Shown: one piece after another, positions 1 to 13,951 of the stretch
Numbering within the stretch: position 1 is the stretch's first letter
Layout of the letters: each line of letters begins with the position of its first letter
Source: Geosiphon pyriformis uo1
Taxonomy: Eukaryota; Fungi; Glomeromycota
Assembly: GCA_016748015.1 (NCBI GenBank)
Contig: JAAOMT010000786.1
Coordinates: 499,814 to 563,813 of the forward strand
Length of the DNA: 64,000 bases
Direction of reading: 5' to 3'
Notes under the pieces: model-generated
The model's input: the letters and a program-made list of their open reading frames with translations, nothing else
Databases searched by the model: none
Told to the model about the DNA's origin: nothing
Made by a program: the position numbers and the translations under genes

Positions 1-1689
1 AATAAAAAATAAATTTTTATATTAAATTATTATATATAAATATTTATAATTTTATAAGATAATATATTATAATATTTTATTTTAATATTTTTAAATAGTG
101 TTTATTGTTATTACAAAATAATTATTGTTATTATAAAATAATATTTATTATTAATACTATTTAATAATTATAGTTATATAAATTATTAATTTTTTAAAAT
201 TATTATTGTATTATATTATAATTAAATAATTTATATTATTTATGATTTACTAAATTTTTAATTTTTAATAATTTTGTTAATAAATTTATTATTGTGTTTA
301 AAAATAGTAGTATATAATATAAAACTATGTTTTTTTTTTACTTTAAAACTTTTTACTGTTTTTTTATGTATGTTATTTTGAAATTATTGATTGTAGTTTT
401 TAAATTTAAATTAAATTATATTGTTAATATTTTTTGAAATATGTATTATTATTGAATAAAAAATACGAATTTAATAATTTTTAACAATAATGTTTTATTA
501 AAAAATATATATATAATTATAAACTATTTTAGTATTTAAAAGAGTAAAAAAAATATTATTATTATTATTTATTTTTAAACAAAAACCAGTTTTATTATAA
601 GTTTTAAAAAAAAATAATCAAATTTTATTAAAGCATAAAAAAAGCAATTAGTCAAAAATTAAAACTAATTTAACAAAATATAACTAAGATTTTTTTCAAT
701 TAATTATCAAAATATATAATGTTTAAAAATCTAATTTGTAAATAATAAATATAAAAAATTATTAAAAAGTTTATAAAAAAACAGAATTAAAATATTATTA
801 TTAAGATTATATTTTTAATAATATAATAATAAAACTAATACTTATTTATAAAAATAAAACATAATATATGTTTAAAAAAAATAAAATAATAATAAACTCA
901 AAATATTAATAAAAATATGTTTTAAAATATTAATAATAAATATAAAATATATATATTAAAATGTTAATAACAAATATTTAAAGTATAAAAAAAGGAAAAA
1001 AAAATTTAAAAAAAAAAACCAATTGCTTATTATAAAATTATAAAAAAAATTAATTTAATATAAAACTAATACTTTTTAAAGTTAATACAAAACTTGTATA
1101 TAATAGTTAAATTATATAAAATTTATATATTATATTAAAACTATAAATATATAGTAAACTTTTTTTATAGTTTTTTTAATTATAATTACTATTTTTTTAT
1201 AATTATATTTTTTTAAAAACCAAAATTATTTATATATAATATTATCTTTTTATAGTTACTTTTACTATATATTTCTTTTTATAATCTCTATTTCTGCAAA
1301 TATAATAGCAAAATATAGATAATTTCTATTTTTTATAGTTATATTTTAATTATATAATATTAGATATATTGTGTCTTAAATGTTGTTTTGTTTTAAATAT
1401 TATTATATAAGATGTCTTAAATATTATAAAATATTTTTAATTATAAAAAATGTTTCAAATATTATTTTAAAATATTAATTTTATTTTGTATTTAAGTATT
1501 GTAATAATAAAATTTATATTAATCTATTATTGTTTGTTTTATTCATAAATTTATTATTTTATTGGTATAATTTTAAAAATTACAATATATTAATTATTGT
1601 AAAATAATATATTTTGTTTAGTCTTAATAACAAATATTGAATAATTATCCAAAAATTTAATTAGTATTACTGTAATAATTACTATAACT

Positions 1690-2080
1690 ATTTAAAAATA
1701 AATAAAGTAAATTACTATTATTATATTGATTTTTAAACTTATTTAAAGGTAAATAAATCTAATTATTATTATTATTATTATTATTATATTAATTATCATA
1801 ATTATTTAAAAATAAGTAAATTTAATTATTATATTTGTGTGAGTTATTATAATTGTTTAAAAATAAGTAAAGTAAATATTATTATTATATTAATTATTAA
1901 GGTTATTTAAAGATAAATAAATCTGATTATTATTGTTGTATTAATTATTAAGACTATTAAAAAGTAAGTAAACTAAATTATTATTGTTATATTAATTGTT
2001 AAAACTGTTTAAAAGTAAATAAATCTGATTATTATTGTCTTATTAATTATTAAAACTGTTTAAAAGTAAATAAATCTGAA
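1690..2080. repeat. Degenerate ~51-bp tandem repeat, about 7 units
   Basis: Recurring unit TTATTATTGTTATATTAATTGTTAAAACTGTTTAAAAGTAAATAAATCTGA; the unit length is a multiple of 3. Confidence 0.75.
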
Positions 2081-2523
2081 TACTTTTATTATATTAATTA
2101 CCATACTACTAATTTTGTAAATAAAATTCATTAAAATTATAAACAATATAATAATTAATAAATTTGTAAAACATATTAGTAAGTGTTTTTAAAGTAGAAA
2201 AATAAATTGTCAATTATTTTTATTAGTTATAATATTTGTATGATTAATATAAATGTTTTTGTATTAAGAAATTTAACAATATAATATTGTGTTATTTTTT
2301 ATATAATTATGTAAGTATATAAAAAATTAAATTAACAACTTTTATTATTGATTATTAGTTGTAAATAAAAATAAACAAAAAGCAAAAAATATTGTAAATA
2401 TATTATTAAAATTAGGTTTTTTTACCAAGAATTTGTTATTTTTTGTACTTAAAATTCTATAGTTTATATAATTTATTTACAAAAATAACACTAAAAAAAG
2501 TTTATTATTATTAATAGAGTATT

Positions 2524-2631
2524 ATAAAACTTAATTGTTATTATTAATTTATAAAACTTAATTGTTATTATTAATTTATAAAACTTAATTGTTATTATTA
2601 ATTTATAAAACTTAATTGTTATTATTAATTT
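2524..2631. repeat. Perfect 27-bp tandem repeat, 4 copies
   Basis: ATAAAACTTAATTGTTATTATTAATTT at 2524, 2551, 2578 and 2605. Confidence 0.95.
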
Positions 2632-2899
2632 ATTAAACTATAATATATTTTAAAAAAGTAATAATTTAAAATAAATTAATAATAAAAAATATAATTATAC
2701 AAATTCAAATATATTACAAGTAATAAAAAAATATAATGTAATTTTAATTACAAGATATTAAATATATTGAATTAAAATTTTTATTTTTATAATTTTAAAG
2801 CACTTTTTATAATCTAAAGCACTTTATATGTTTAATTAAATATAAAGTGTTTTAAATGATATTTAAAACAAAACAATATTTGAAACACAACAAAATACA

Positions 2900-4456
2900 A
2901 TAAAAAATATATAAGTCAAAAATTATTGTTTTGTTTTTATAAATATGTTAAAAAATACAAATTAAAAGCAAATAGCAGTCTTTTTGAAAATTAAAAAAAC
3001 TTTTTGCTAATACAAATTAAAATATTCTTACTTCTTAGCAAATAAATTAATCAAAATATTCAATTTAAAGATTGACTATTTTATTGTGACAAAAATATTT
3101 ACAAAATCAAATTAATAGATTGAAAAAAATATATTTAATAACTTTGATTAATTAACAAAGAACAAAAAAAAATGTTTTTAAAAATAAATAATATACTAAA
3201 AAAAATATTTAAAACACTAGTTACTAATTACAAATGAAAACACTTAAGTTTTTTCAAAAGTTTTTAGAAAAAAATAACTTTAAAGCATTGGATGATTAAT
3301 TAAAAAAAATTAAAAAATGATATAATTTGTATTATATTAAAATATATAAAGAAGTAAATAGTGTTTTTTTTGGAAATTTTACTAAAAAAATAAAAGTAAT
3401 TACACAAAATTATTAACAAATATAACTTAAATAATGTTTATAATGCTGATAAAATATTATTATTTTTTAAAATATTATTGAATACAACTTTAATAATAAG
3501 ACTTATTTTTAATATTAAACATAATAAAAGTCGAATTACCATATTTTTTGTTTATAATACAACAAACAGCATCAAATTGTAGTCTTTGATTATTAACAAA
3601 GCTGTAAAGTCACAATATTTTTACAATATTAATATAAATATACTTTTAATTACTTATTGCTATAATACAAAAGCATAAATACAAACAGATATCTTTAGTA
3701 AATAATTTAATTTATTAAATAAAAAAATATATTACAAAAAAAAAAATTTATTAATACTTAATAATAATAGAAAACTTTTTATATTATTTAATATTATAAT
3801 TAAATACTTATTATTTAATACAACATTCTATTTACAATTATTAAATATGAGAATTATTGTATTTTTTAAGACATAATACTAAAAATTGGTTTTTTTTATC
3901 TTATTAATTAATATGATAACAAAATTTTAATATTAACAGTAATATTAAAAAATATAATTAACTTTTTAATTTATATATAATTAATAATAACAATAACTAC
4001 AATTTAAAACTGTTAATATCATATAAAAATTTTGAATATTAGCCAAATATTAGCTTATTTATTAGATATTAAACAAAAATTTCTATAAAAAGTATAGGTT
4101 TTTATTAAATATATTAATATTAACAAACTGTTAACAATAGACTTTATAAATATTAACAAGTTTAAACCATTGTTTACTTATATTTTAAAAAATAAAATTA
4201 TGAATTTTATTAATAATAATTATAATAAAAATTTTAATACAAATAAAAATTTAGAAAGTAAAAATAAATTTTTGTTTTTGCTATTTATATGTTAAGATAA
4301 AATTGTATTTAAAAATATATTATATTATTATAAAAAGCAATATAATAAAAAAGTTGGTTTAAACTTTTTTAAAACTTTGAAAATATTAATTTATAATATT
4401 GTTTTTAAAGTTTAGAAAAAAAACAACTGTAAATAGATAACTTTTTCGAATATTAA
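2900..4456 (+). pseudogene. Fossil pogo/Tigger (CENP-B-like, DDE_1) transposase
   Basis: The frame from 3421 reads YNLNNVYNADKILLFFKILLNTTL...KSRITIFFVYNTTNSIKL*SLIINKAVKSQYF...TYCYNTKA*IQTDIFSK*F and later LFNTTFYLQLLNMRII. These match the pogo motifs YNADETxLF, RITV, KAWM and PPNTTSxLQPLDxGII after G>A/C>T changes. The 5' boundary is approximate. Confidence 0.8.
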
Positions 4457-4518
4457 AAATAAAAAATATATTAAATAAATTGAAATTTGGACTTTTTTTA
4501 AATATAATATATTTAAAA

Positions 4519-4721
4519 TTTTAAAATTAATAAATAATTGGTTGAATATTTTTGTTTTTGTTTTCATACTTTTTATTAATATATTTATTTTTTAAAATTG
4601 AATAACTAGTTGATTAATATTATTAACATCTTATTATTTAACTTAAAAAAATTAAGCATATTAATAAAAAATATGAAAACAGAAACAAAAATATTCAATT
4701 TATTATTTATTAATTTCAAAA
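4519..4721. mobile_element. MITE-like ~200-bp fold-back with ~85-bp inverted arms
   Basis: TTGAATATTTTTGTTTTTGTTTTCATACTTTTTATTAATATATTTA pairs with TAAGCATATTAATAAAAAATATGAAAACAGAAACAAAAATATTCAA. Confidence 0.6.
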
Positions 4722-5467
4722 CTTCTTAATATAATCTTATAAATATGCTGACTAAAAAGTATAACTATAGAAAAAATTCATTGTATTAATTTTTTATATA
4801 TATTAAATTAATCATAAATTTATTTAACATATTATTTTTTTATAAGCTATTAATTCAAATAATTAACAATTTTTTATTTACTATTAAAATAATTTAAGTA
4901 TTTATTTTAAAATTATTATTATAATTAATTTAAGTCACTTAAAATTTTTAAAAAGTTATATTTTATGTAAAAATCTAAATTTAAGTTTTTTTTAAATTAA
5001 ACAATTTATGTATAATAAATTTTATAATACAATAAAAATTTTTTTATAAATTTAAAATGTAAAATCAATTAATTTTTGTAAAGTTGGTAATTATTTAATT
5101 TTCATGTTATTAATTTATAGTATAATAAAATAAATTTTTTAAAAAAAGAGTTGGAAATTATTATTTATAATTAAAACAAAAAATAGTTGTTTAATAAAAT
5201 TATATTCCAAATATTAAAACTTTTAAGCTATTGAAAAAAAGTTTTTTATATATTTTTGAATAATACTATTTTGAATTTCAATATTATTAGTTTTGTAAAA
5301 ATGGCTAAGATAAATATAAATTTGGCAAATTAATAAATTTTTGATAAATTTTAAGTTATATATAATTTAATTATGATATTCGCAAATTATTACAAATTAA
5401 ATAATTAATAAGAGGAAATCAAATATAATTAAATAATTAATAATTAGATTATTAATGTAAAATGTGA

Positions 5468-5514
<47 letters not shown>

Positions 5515-6128
5515 ATGCTAAGTTAATAATAAAAATAAGAAAAAATTTCATGCTAGCTTTTGGTTCAAATTTCAATTGGTAAAACACTTAATATAATAAT
5601 ATTGCCAATATTTAATAATTATATAAATTCATTTAATTGCAACCAATATGATGCTTATTTATTACATTTACAGTCCCATTCTTAGTCACAATACCAATAA
5701 AACAATTTGAAAAATAATGCAAATTTTAAGAAATTTGATAAAATGATTATGACGTCGGTATGAAAAGCATATACAAGCAAAATGTGGAGTTTAGATTGTA
5801 ATGGTGTGGGCTTTGGATTAATAGGGACTTTAAATGGCCCCGGATAATTTTTCTGCGGGTATTGCTTGATGGGAGCCTTAATTATGTAAGATCGATTCAA
5901 TCCATTCGAGTCTCTAAAGTTAATACCAGAAACTGTGAATTAAAATGTTGATCAACTTTGTTTTATTGCATTTTCATGTGCCAATAATTCAGTCACATGA
6001 TCATCTTGACTTCAGACCATCATATTATCAAGGTATTGAGACACAGCCCTCTCTTCTCATCCTTGTCTTCTCTTTAGGTGTTCTCCACATATTAGACGTT
6101 AAAAGACTATTAAAAATCCAAATAAAAA

Positions 6129-7313
<1,185 letters not shown>

Positions 7314-9684
7314 GAATATAGATTTGTACCAATTTTTCTGGGACAGTTTATTCCTCTTAGATTGTTCCTTTATATCGTCGTTTTTCGTATTTTTATAAAC
7401 CATTTTGTCCTCTCATCTTCTTTATGTTTTATTGTAACATTTGTAATGATACTTTATTTGGTTCCTCACCTCGGAAAGTATTGGTGGTTTTCGAGTATAC
7501 AAATTTTTTCTCGAATCATATAATGTCTCATTTTTAAGACTTATAGGTATAATATATGAATACTAATTATAAATGATTAAATTACTGAGCTGTAAGGAAA
7601 TGAATTGATTATATGTATGTAATTACTTGTTATTGTTAAGATCAGATCAATTCATCCAATCTTATTTAATATAACCTGAATGAAAAATTTTGGTTGTCAA
7701 AAATTACCAAAATTTTGATGTAAATTTATTGCAATAAAATTATTTATGCTAATATGTTTGCATAATTAAATCTTAATACTTTTATTATTTGTAAAAATTT
7801 TAACAATTTTTTTGGTAATTAATTTTATAATTCAATACTAATTTTTAAATTGTTTATTTTAAATTATTAAATTTCTGTTTAAATTTTAAATTGTTTATTA
7901 ATTTTGGAATTTAAAATTAAGATAAAAACAAAAAGTTATTATTATAATAAATTATTAATAAATTAAAAAAATATGTTTTTAAAATAAATAAAGAATTATT
8001 TATTTAATTTTTATAATTATTGTTGGTTTTAAAAACAAATAATATTTTAATTTATAATTTTATTTAATTAAAATAATAAGCCATTTAATTACAAATAAAT
8101 AGTATTTTTTTTCTAATTTTATGATCATAATTAAAACAATGAGTAAAAAATTTTTAAACATTATTTTTTTTATAATAACTAATAAAATTTTAATAAAAAA
8201 AGTTTTTTTTGTTATTAAAATAGCTAAACAAAATATTTTGACAATATTCTTCTTAAATATTAATAATAAAAAACTATATTGAAAACATATTTTTTTATTT
8301 TTAATTAGTAATTTTTTTAATTAAAGTTTTTTTTAAAAGATATACTAAAATTAGTTTTAATATTGTTTTTATTTTTTCTAAAAACTTTAAAGTTTTTAAT
8401 AATAAACTAATTAAAAAACCAATTTTTCTTATTTTTCTTATTATTATTATTATTATTATTTTACAAATAGCCAAAAAAGCCAAAAATATTAAAAAACAAT
8501 AACAAATATTTGTGTTTACTATTATTATACTAAATTTTTTTGTGGTTTTAAATAAAATTTTGGATAAAATTTTTCCAGCAATATTTAGTTTTTTTAATAT
8601 AAAAAACAATAATAATAACATATTTTTTAAAATAAACCAAAGATATTTACCAATTATATTATTAAATATAATATTTTTTGACAAATTATTACTAATTTCA
8701 AAAACAAAACAACTTATTAAGTTACTTAATCTTAAAAATTAGGCTGATTAAATAAAAACCAAATTATTTTTTTTTTGTTTTTTAGTATTGTTTCTAATAA
8801 TGTTTAAAAAATAATTTTTAATTGTTAAAAGTTTTCTGAATAAATAATTTTTATTTTAATACTTAATATTATATTTAAAATCAAATAAATCTTGATTAAT
8901 TCTTTGTTTTATTTGCTGTTTGGCTTTGTTAAATTTAAGTTTATTTTAAAAAACAATATCAAGTTGTTTTATATAAACTTTGTTTTTGAGTTTTTTTTAA
9001 TTGCTATTATTAAAATTGCAATTAGTAATTTTTTTTTTTAATTATACTTAAGATTACTAAATCTTTTGTTTTTTTATCTGTTATTGTATTTTATAATATT
9101 TATTTAAATATATTTTTTGACAATATTAAAAATATTTTTGGTGTTATTATTTTAATTAAGTTAAAGTTTATTAATTTGTAATAATATATTATTGTTTATT
9201 TTAAAATTTTTTTTGTTGTTATATTTTATAACAAAGCTATTGTTTTTATGACTTTTCTTTTTGCTGTTTTTTTGGCTGTTTTTGTTGTTAATTTGTAATT
9301 AAATCTAAATTAAATTCTTTGAAATTTAAATCTTAAGTTTGGTTTTTTTAATTAAATTTAAATTAATTGGTTTTTTAATTATATTAATTACTATTTTTTT
9401 GAATACTTTTTCTGTTTTATATATAAAACTTAAAGATATAATTTGTGTTATTTAAGATAAAATATTTGTTTTTAGTAAAACTATAGATTAATTTTTTCTA
9501 GATATAATAATAGTTAAAACTAAATATAATTTTAATAATAATATTTATATTAATTATTCTTTAAAAGTATTAATCTGATAATATTAAATTTAATATAAAT
9601 ATAATTATTAAATAATTAAATAATATTATTAAGAATAGTAATATATTAATTGTTATTATAAATAAGATGTCTTTTTAAAATAAG

Positions 9685-9956
9685 TTTTTTTTATAGTTTT
9701 AATATTATGCTTTATAAGTAAGGTTCAAATGCTATCTAGTAATATACATTATATAAGTAATTTAAACTAAGTGCAAATTATGCTTTTTTTACACATGACC
9801 AGTTACTTAATATAATTAGTCTAAATTGAGCTTATATTTAATTACATATAAAAAACACATAAATTATATTTAATTGAAGTTATTTAGTTTAATATATTGT
9901 ATTAAATAATAGTTAAACTATATATTAAATTTAATAAAAATAAAAAATAAAAAAAA
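9685..9956. repeat. Head-to-head pair of isolated LINE 3' tails (minus-strand tail ~9685-9820, plus-strand tail ~9825-9956)
   Basis: 9713-9820 aligns with the tail at 47835-47950. 9838-9940 aligns, mostly via transitions, with the tail at 20456-20560. A T-run and an A-run mark the outer ends. Confidence 0.6.
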
Positions 9957-10300
9957 TTTACAAAAACTAAACTAATAAAATAATAAAATAAAAATTAAAG
10001 TTGTTTTTGTTTATTAAATATATTATTTATTTTAATAAAAATTTAAAAAACAATTGTAAAGTATTTAAACACATAATTTTATTTTTATATTTAATATTGT
10101 TATAAAAATTAAAATAATATTAAAATTATATTTTAATTTTTATGTAATTTTATAAATATAAAATTAATTACAAAAAATAAAAAAAACTTACCTGTCAAAA
10201 ATATTGTAAATAATTTAGTAAAGATAATTTAATTATTGGTCTGAAAGAAGCTTTTTGTAAAGAATGCTATTATGAATAAAAATCAGAACAATCAGAATAA

Positions 10301-12568
10301 TTTTTTTTTTATTACAAATTTAATAAGTATAGTTTAACCACCATTTAGAAATTAGGACCAAACTAAGTGATTCAAGGCTAAATATAATTCACACACTTAT
10401 TACATGTAACCAGCTACTCAAGCCAGTTTAGGCTATACTACATTGATACATCAGAAGAAAACTTACTCAAAAAAGACATTTTTTGAACAATCTTAAATAA
10501 TGTGGCACTATTATTAACCAAACCAACCAACCACTTAGCTGTTTTAAAAGCATCAGCTTTTACAGCAGCAGATTTATGTTCCCAAAGAAACATTAAATTA
10601 GAAAACATATCATCATTAAAAGACAACAAACTTACATGAAGACCAGACATATTAATGTTCTCAAAACTATACTTAGCTTTCAGAGCAATTATTTCTTGCT
10701 CCAACTTACCAACAGCTTTGCTAAAGATACTTATGTAAACCAAAACTCTGTTGACTCTAAGACCAAGAGCAGAACTTAAAACTGAATTACCATTAACAAA
10801 TTGTTTAAAAACTTTGACCATAAATTTAATAGGCTTAACAATAAATTCAACCAAAACAAAAAGCTTGGCCAAATCAGATTTCAGAGATGTCAGCTGAGAA
10901 AACACCAAAGAATTTACAACAGCCACAAAAGGAGCAGAAGCCACCAAAAAAAGAAACTCAGAAAAAACAGATGCCTTTGCATAAGACAAAAAACTGACAA
11001 AATGCAGTTTAAATATTTTAGAAGCCTTAGAAAAAGAAGGTAAAGCAATCTTGCAGTCCACAGCCAGGTGGCCTATCTTTTGATACTGAAAACAACACCA
11101 GCAATCAGGAATTTTTTACCAAATATGGCACTTTCTTAATGTACTAATTTTGACAACAGCAAGATCCAAATCAGCTTGGAAGTCAAATGTAATTAAAGCA
11201 AAGCAGAGATAATAACCAGGATCAGAAGACTGAAAAATAAAACAAGTCCAACCATCAACCTGAGAAATTATATCACTGATTTCAAAGGCAGTGCAGCCAG
11301 AAAGAAAATTAACCAACTTGGCCTTAAACCTATTATAAGACACAATTGTTTTCTGTTAATTCATGAAGGAAAGGATTCAAACATTATCTTTGTCCACTAA
11401 AACTAATCAGTGATTAAGAGCAAATATGACAGTATCTAAATTCTTAAAGTAAACAACAACATATTGCCAAATACCAGCAGGTCTTGACTGAATACAAGAA
11501 ATTTTACCAAAAACACCAAGAACTATCTTAATGTCAACAGTAAATACACCCAAAGACACATTATGCAATACAATAGCAGCAAAAGAGGAGCCAAACTCAG
11601 AAACCACCAAAGACTTGGCAATTTTAAAAGTGGCAAGGCAAACAGAGCTTGTAAGCTCAACCAAAAATGCAGTATCCAAAGAGTTTTAGGAAGCAAACTC
11701 CATACAGAAAAGCCTTATATTATTTTTTAAAACAGACTTTGCACCCAAAAACCATGCACAAACTGAAAAACAGTTTTAACATAAGCCAGTTTAATCTTAA
11801 AAGTAGCACTAAGTACTAGAGTAGAGGCAAATTTTTAATGACTAGTAATAGTTTTCCAAGCACCACTAAAAATAGCACCAAAAACCAGAAAAGAGAATGA
11901 TTCAGTATCCATTTGGTCAGCTCAGTTCTCAAGAACAGATAACACCACAAGAGATGATTGTTTTGTTTCTAAAACTGGTAATAATCTGCCAAAAGACACC
12001 ACATTTGGCAACATAGCCAGTAGTTGATTTTGGCCCATTTTGGATGATGTGCCAGATAATATGACAAAGATTTTATTTGAGATCTCATTTGGAATCACAA
12101 AGGGGTTCAGTATAACAATAGCAAAGACAAGCAACTGCTCCCATTTTTCTGAACTTTTGGTCTTTTTGATCATTTTTTTAAAGAGAAGATGCTAGAAGCA
12201 CCAAATGTTAAAGCTATAGAGAGAAATACCAGCTTGTTAACTGGTCTATTATTAAACACTTTTGGGCTCTTAGTAAAAGTGAAGGAAACACTGAAACTAA
12301 TCCAAATGTGTCTCTTTAAAGAAACTTTGACTGGTAAAAAACCAGCCAAAGATAGAGAAATTGTTTCAGTAACTACCAAAGACAGCTTTTTATGATTACT
12401 AGGTAAAAAAAAAGCTTCTAAAACGTTCTGCCTAGTTGCTTTTATAACAGAAAGAGCTCTTCTGGTTGAAATTTTATTAGATATCTTAAGAAAAATATTA
12501 GGTGCAGCTTTTTTACTCTTTGCTTTAGTCATGGTCATAAAATTAAGAAGACAAAGAGTTTTTTTTAT
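10301..12568 (-). mobile_element. ORF1-only non-autonomous non-LTR element, copy 1 (type-1 tail, poly-A)
   Basis: Short 5' leader, one ~700-codon gag-like ORF, then the LINE-type tail immediately after TAG and poly-A (T-run 10301-10310). Colinear with 57285-59567. No APE or RT. Possible TSD AATAATT (weak). Confidence 0.85.
10438..12538 (-). pseudogene. ORF1/gag-like protein (RRM-like segments, CCHC knuckle, coiled coil), disrupted
   Basis: MTMTKAKSKKAA...VLHNVSLGVFTVDIKIVLGVFGKI...GIWQYVVVYF...KLVNFLSGCTAFEISDIISQVDG, then an eroded CxxCxxxGHxxxDC near 11050-11100. Contains stops and at least one frameshift. Confidence 0.8.
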
Positions 12569-13951
12569 AATAATTATTTTTTTTTTTTTTAAGAATATAT
12601 ATTAAGTTTGTATAAAATTTACATTTTTAATTTTTTTAAAAATTATTATTAAAGTTAAATTTGTTAAATTTTTTTAAAATTATGAAATTTATAATAATAA
12701 ACTATTATTTACTTTAAATTTTTTTTAATTAAAAAAATAACTGTTTTTTATAATATTTTTATATTTAAATTATTTAATTTTTATTAATTATATTATTAAA
12801 TTATTTGGTTTTAATTATAAAAATATATTTTGCTAAATTTTTAATTATATTTAAAATATTTATTAATTAGTTTATTAAATTTATATTCTATTTTCTTATT
12901 TTTTATTGATGTTTTAACAAAATAAAAGTTTTTTATTATTTATAACTCAAAATATTTATGTTTTATAATAAGCATAAATTATGTATTTTTTGTGTATTTT
13001 ATGTTAAAATTATTAAATATAATATTAATTCTAAATTAGTTTTTTAAAAACTTAAGAATTGTTTTATTTAATAAAAATTTTTAATTAAGTTTATTGGCTT
13101 TTTAATAATTTTGATTATTTTTATATTAATTATTAAAAACATAATTATTATAAATTTAGATTTTCAAATCTTGTTTTTAAAAACTTGAATTAAAATTTTT
13201 TTAAGATAATTACTAATATATTTAAAAAATTTATTAAGTTTAAAATAAGTTTAAAACAATTTTATTATAATAATAATAATATAATTTGTAAATTTAATTT
13301 TTTTATTTGCAATAATATATTTTTTATTTGAATAATTTTTTAAAACTATTAAGAAAATAAAATAAAATTTATTAAAAAAATTTATTAAAAACTAAATTAA
13401 TTAATTATACAGCAATTTTATTTATATTTAACTTAATATTAAATATTTAAAACCAAATTATTATTATATTAACAAAAATTTAAATTATTATTAAGCATAT
13501 TATTATTAAATAAATTATTTATTTTATATTTTATCAAATTTTTAGCAACTTTTTAATAAAATTAATATTTTTTTTAATTACGAATTTTTTTCTTGATTTT
13601 AATATTTAAAAAAAAATACTTACTAATTTATAAATAAAAAAATTTAATTTAATTAATAAAACAAGTTTAATTATATTAAATTTTAAAAAACCAATTTAAA
13701 ATCAATTATAAAATTAATACTAATAATTAAAAAACAACTTGTAAAAATTTTAAAACCAATTATAAATTTTTATTAAAGTTTTTAAAAAAAAATTTTATAT
13801 TTTAAAAATTAAAAAAACTTCTTTCTTTCCTTCATCCCAAATTCCTAAAAAAGAGTCTAAAGTTTTTTGAAAGAAGTTTTTTACAATTCAGTATGACAAA
13901 TCTAAACCCTTTATTCTTGACTATAAGATCACTGTTGGTGGTATTGCTGTT

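Larger units (their letters stand above)
1368..2892. mobile_element. Degenerate element bounded by long imperfect inverted repeats (about 1368-1510 and 2745-2892)
   Basis: ATTGTGTCTTAAATGTTGTTTTGTTTTAAATATT at 1368 is the reverse complement of GATATTTAAAACAAAACAATATTTGAAACACAAC at 2858, apart from a few transitions. Weaker similarity continues inward for about 100 bp. No TSD was identified. Confidence 0.4.

Noticed and set aside
2524-2631. CRISPR-like array
   Set aside because: The units are contiguous with no spacers, the context is eukaryotic, and there are no cas genes.
8301-8742. I/K/L/F/N-rich ORFs
   Set aside because: This composition is what AT-rich DNA yields by chance. The region may be a TE relic, but I could not assign it.
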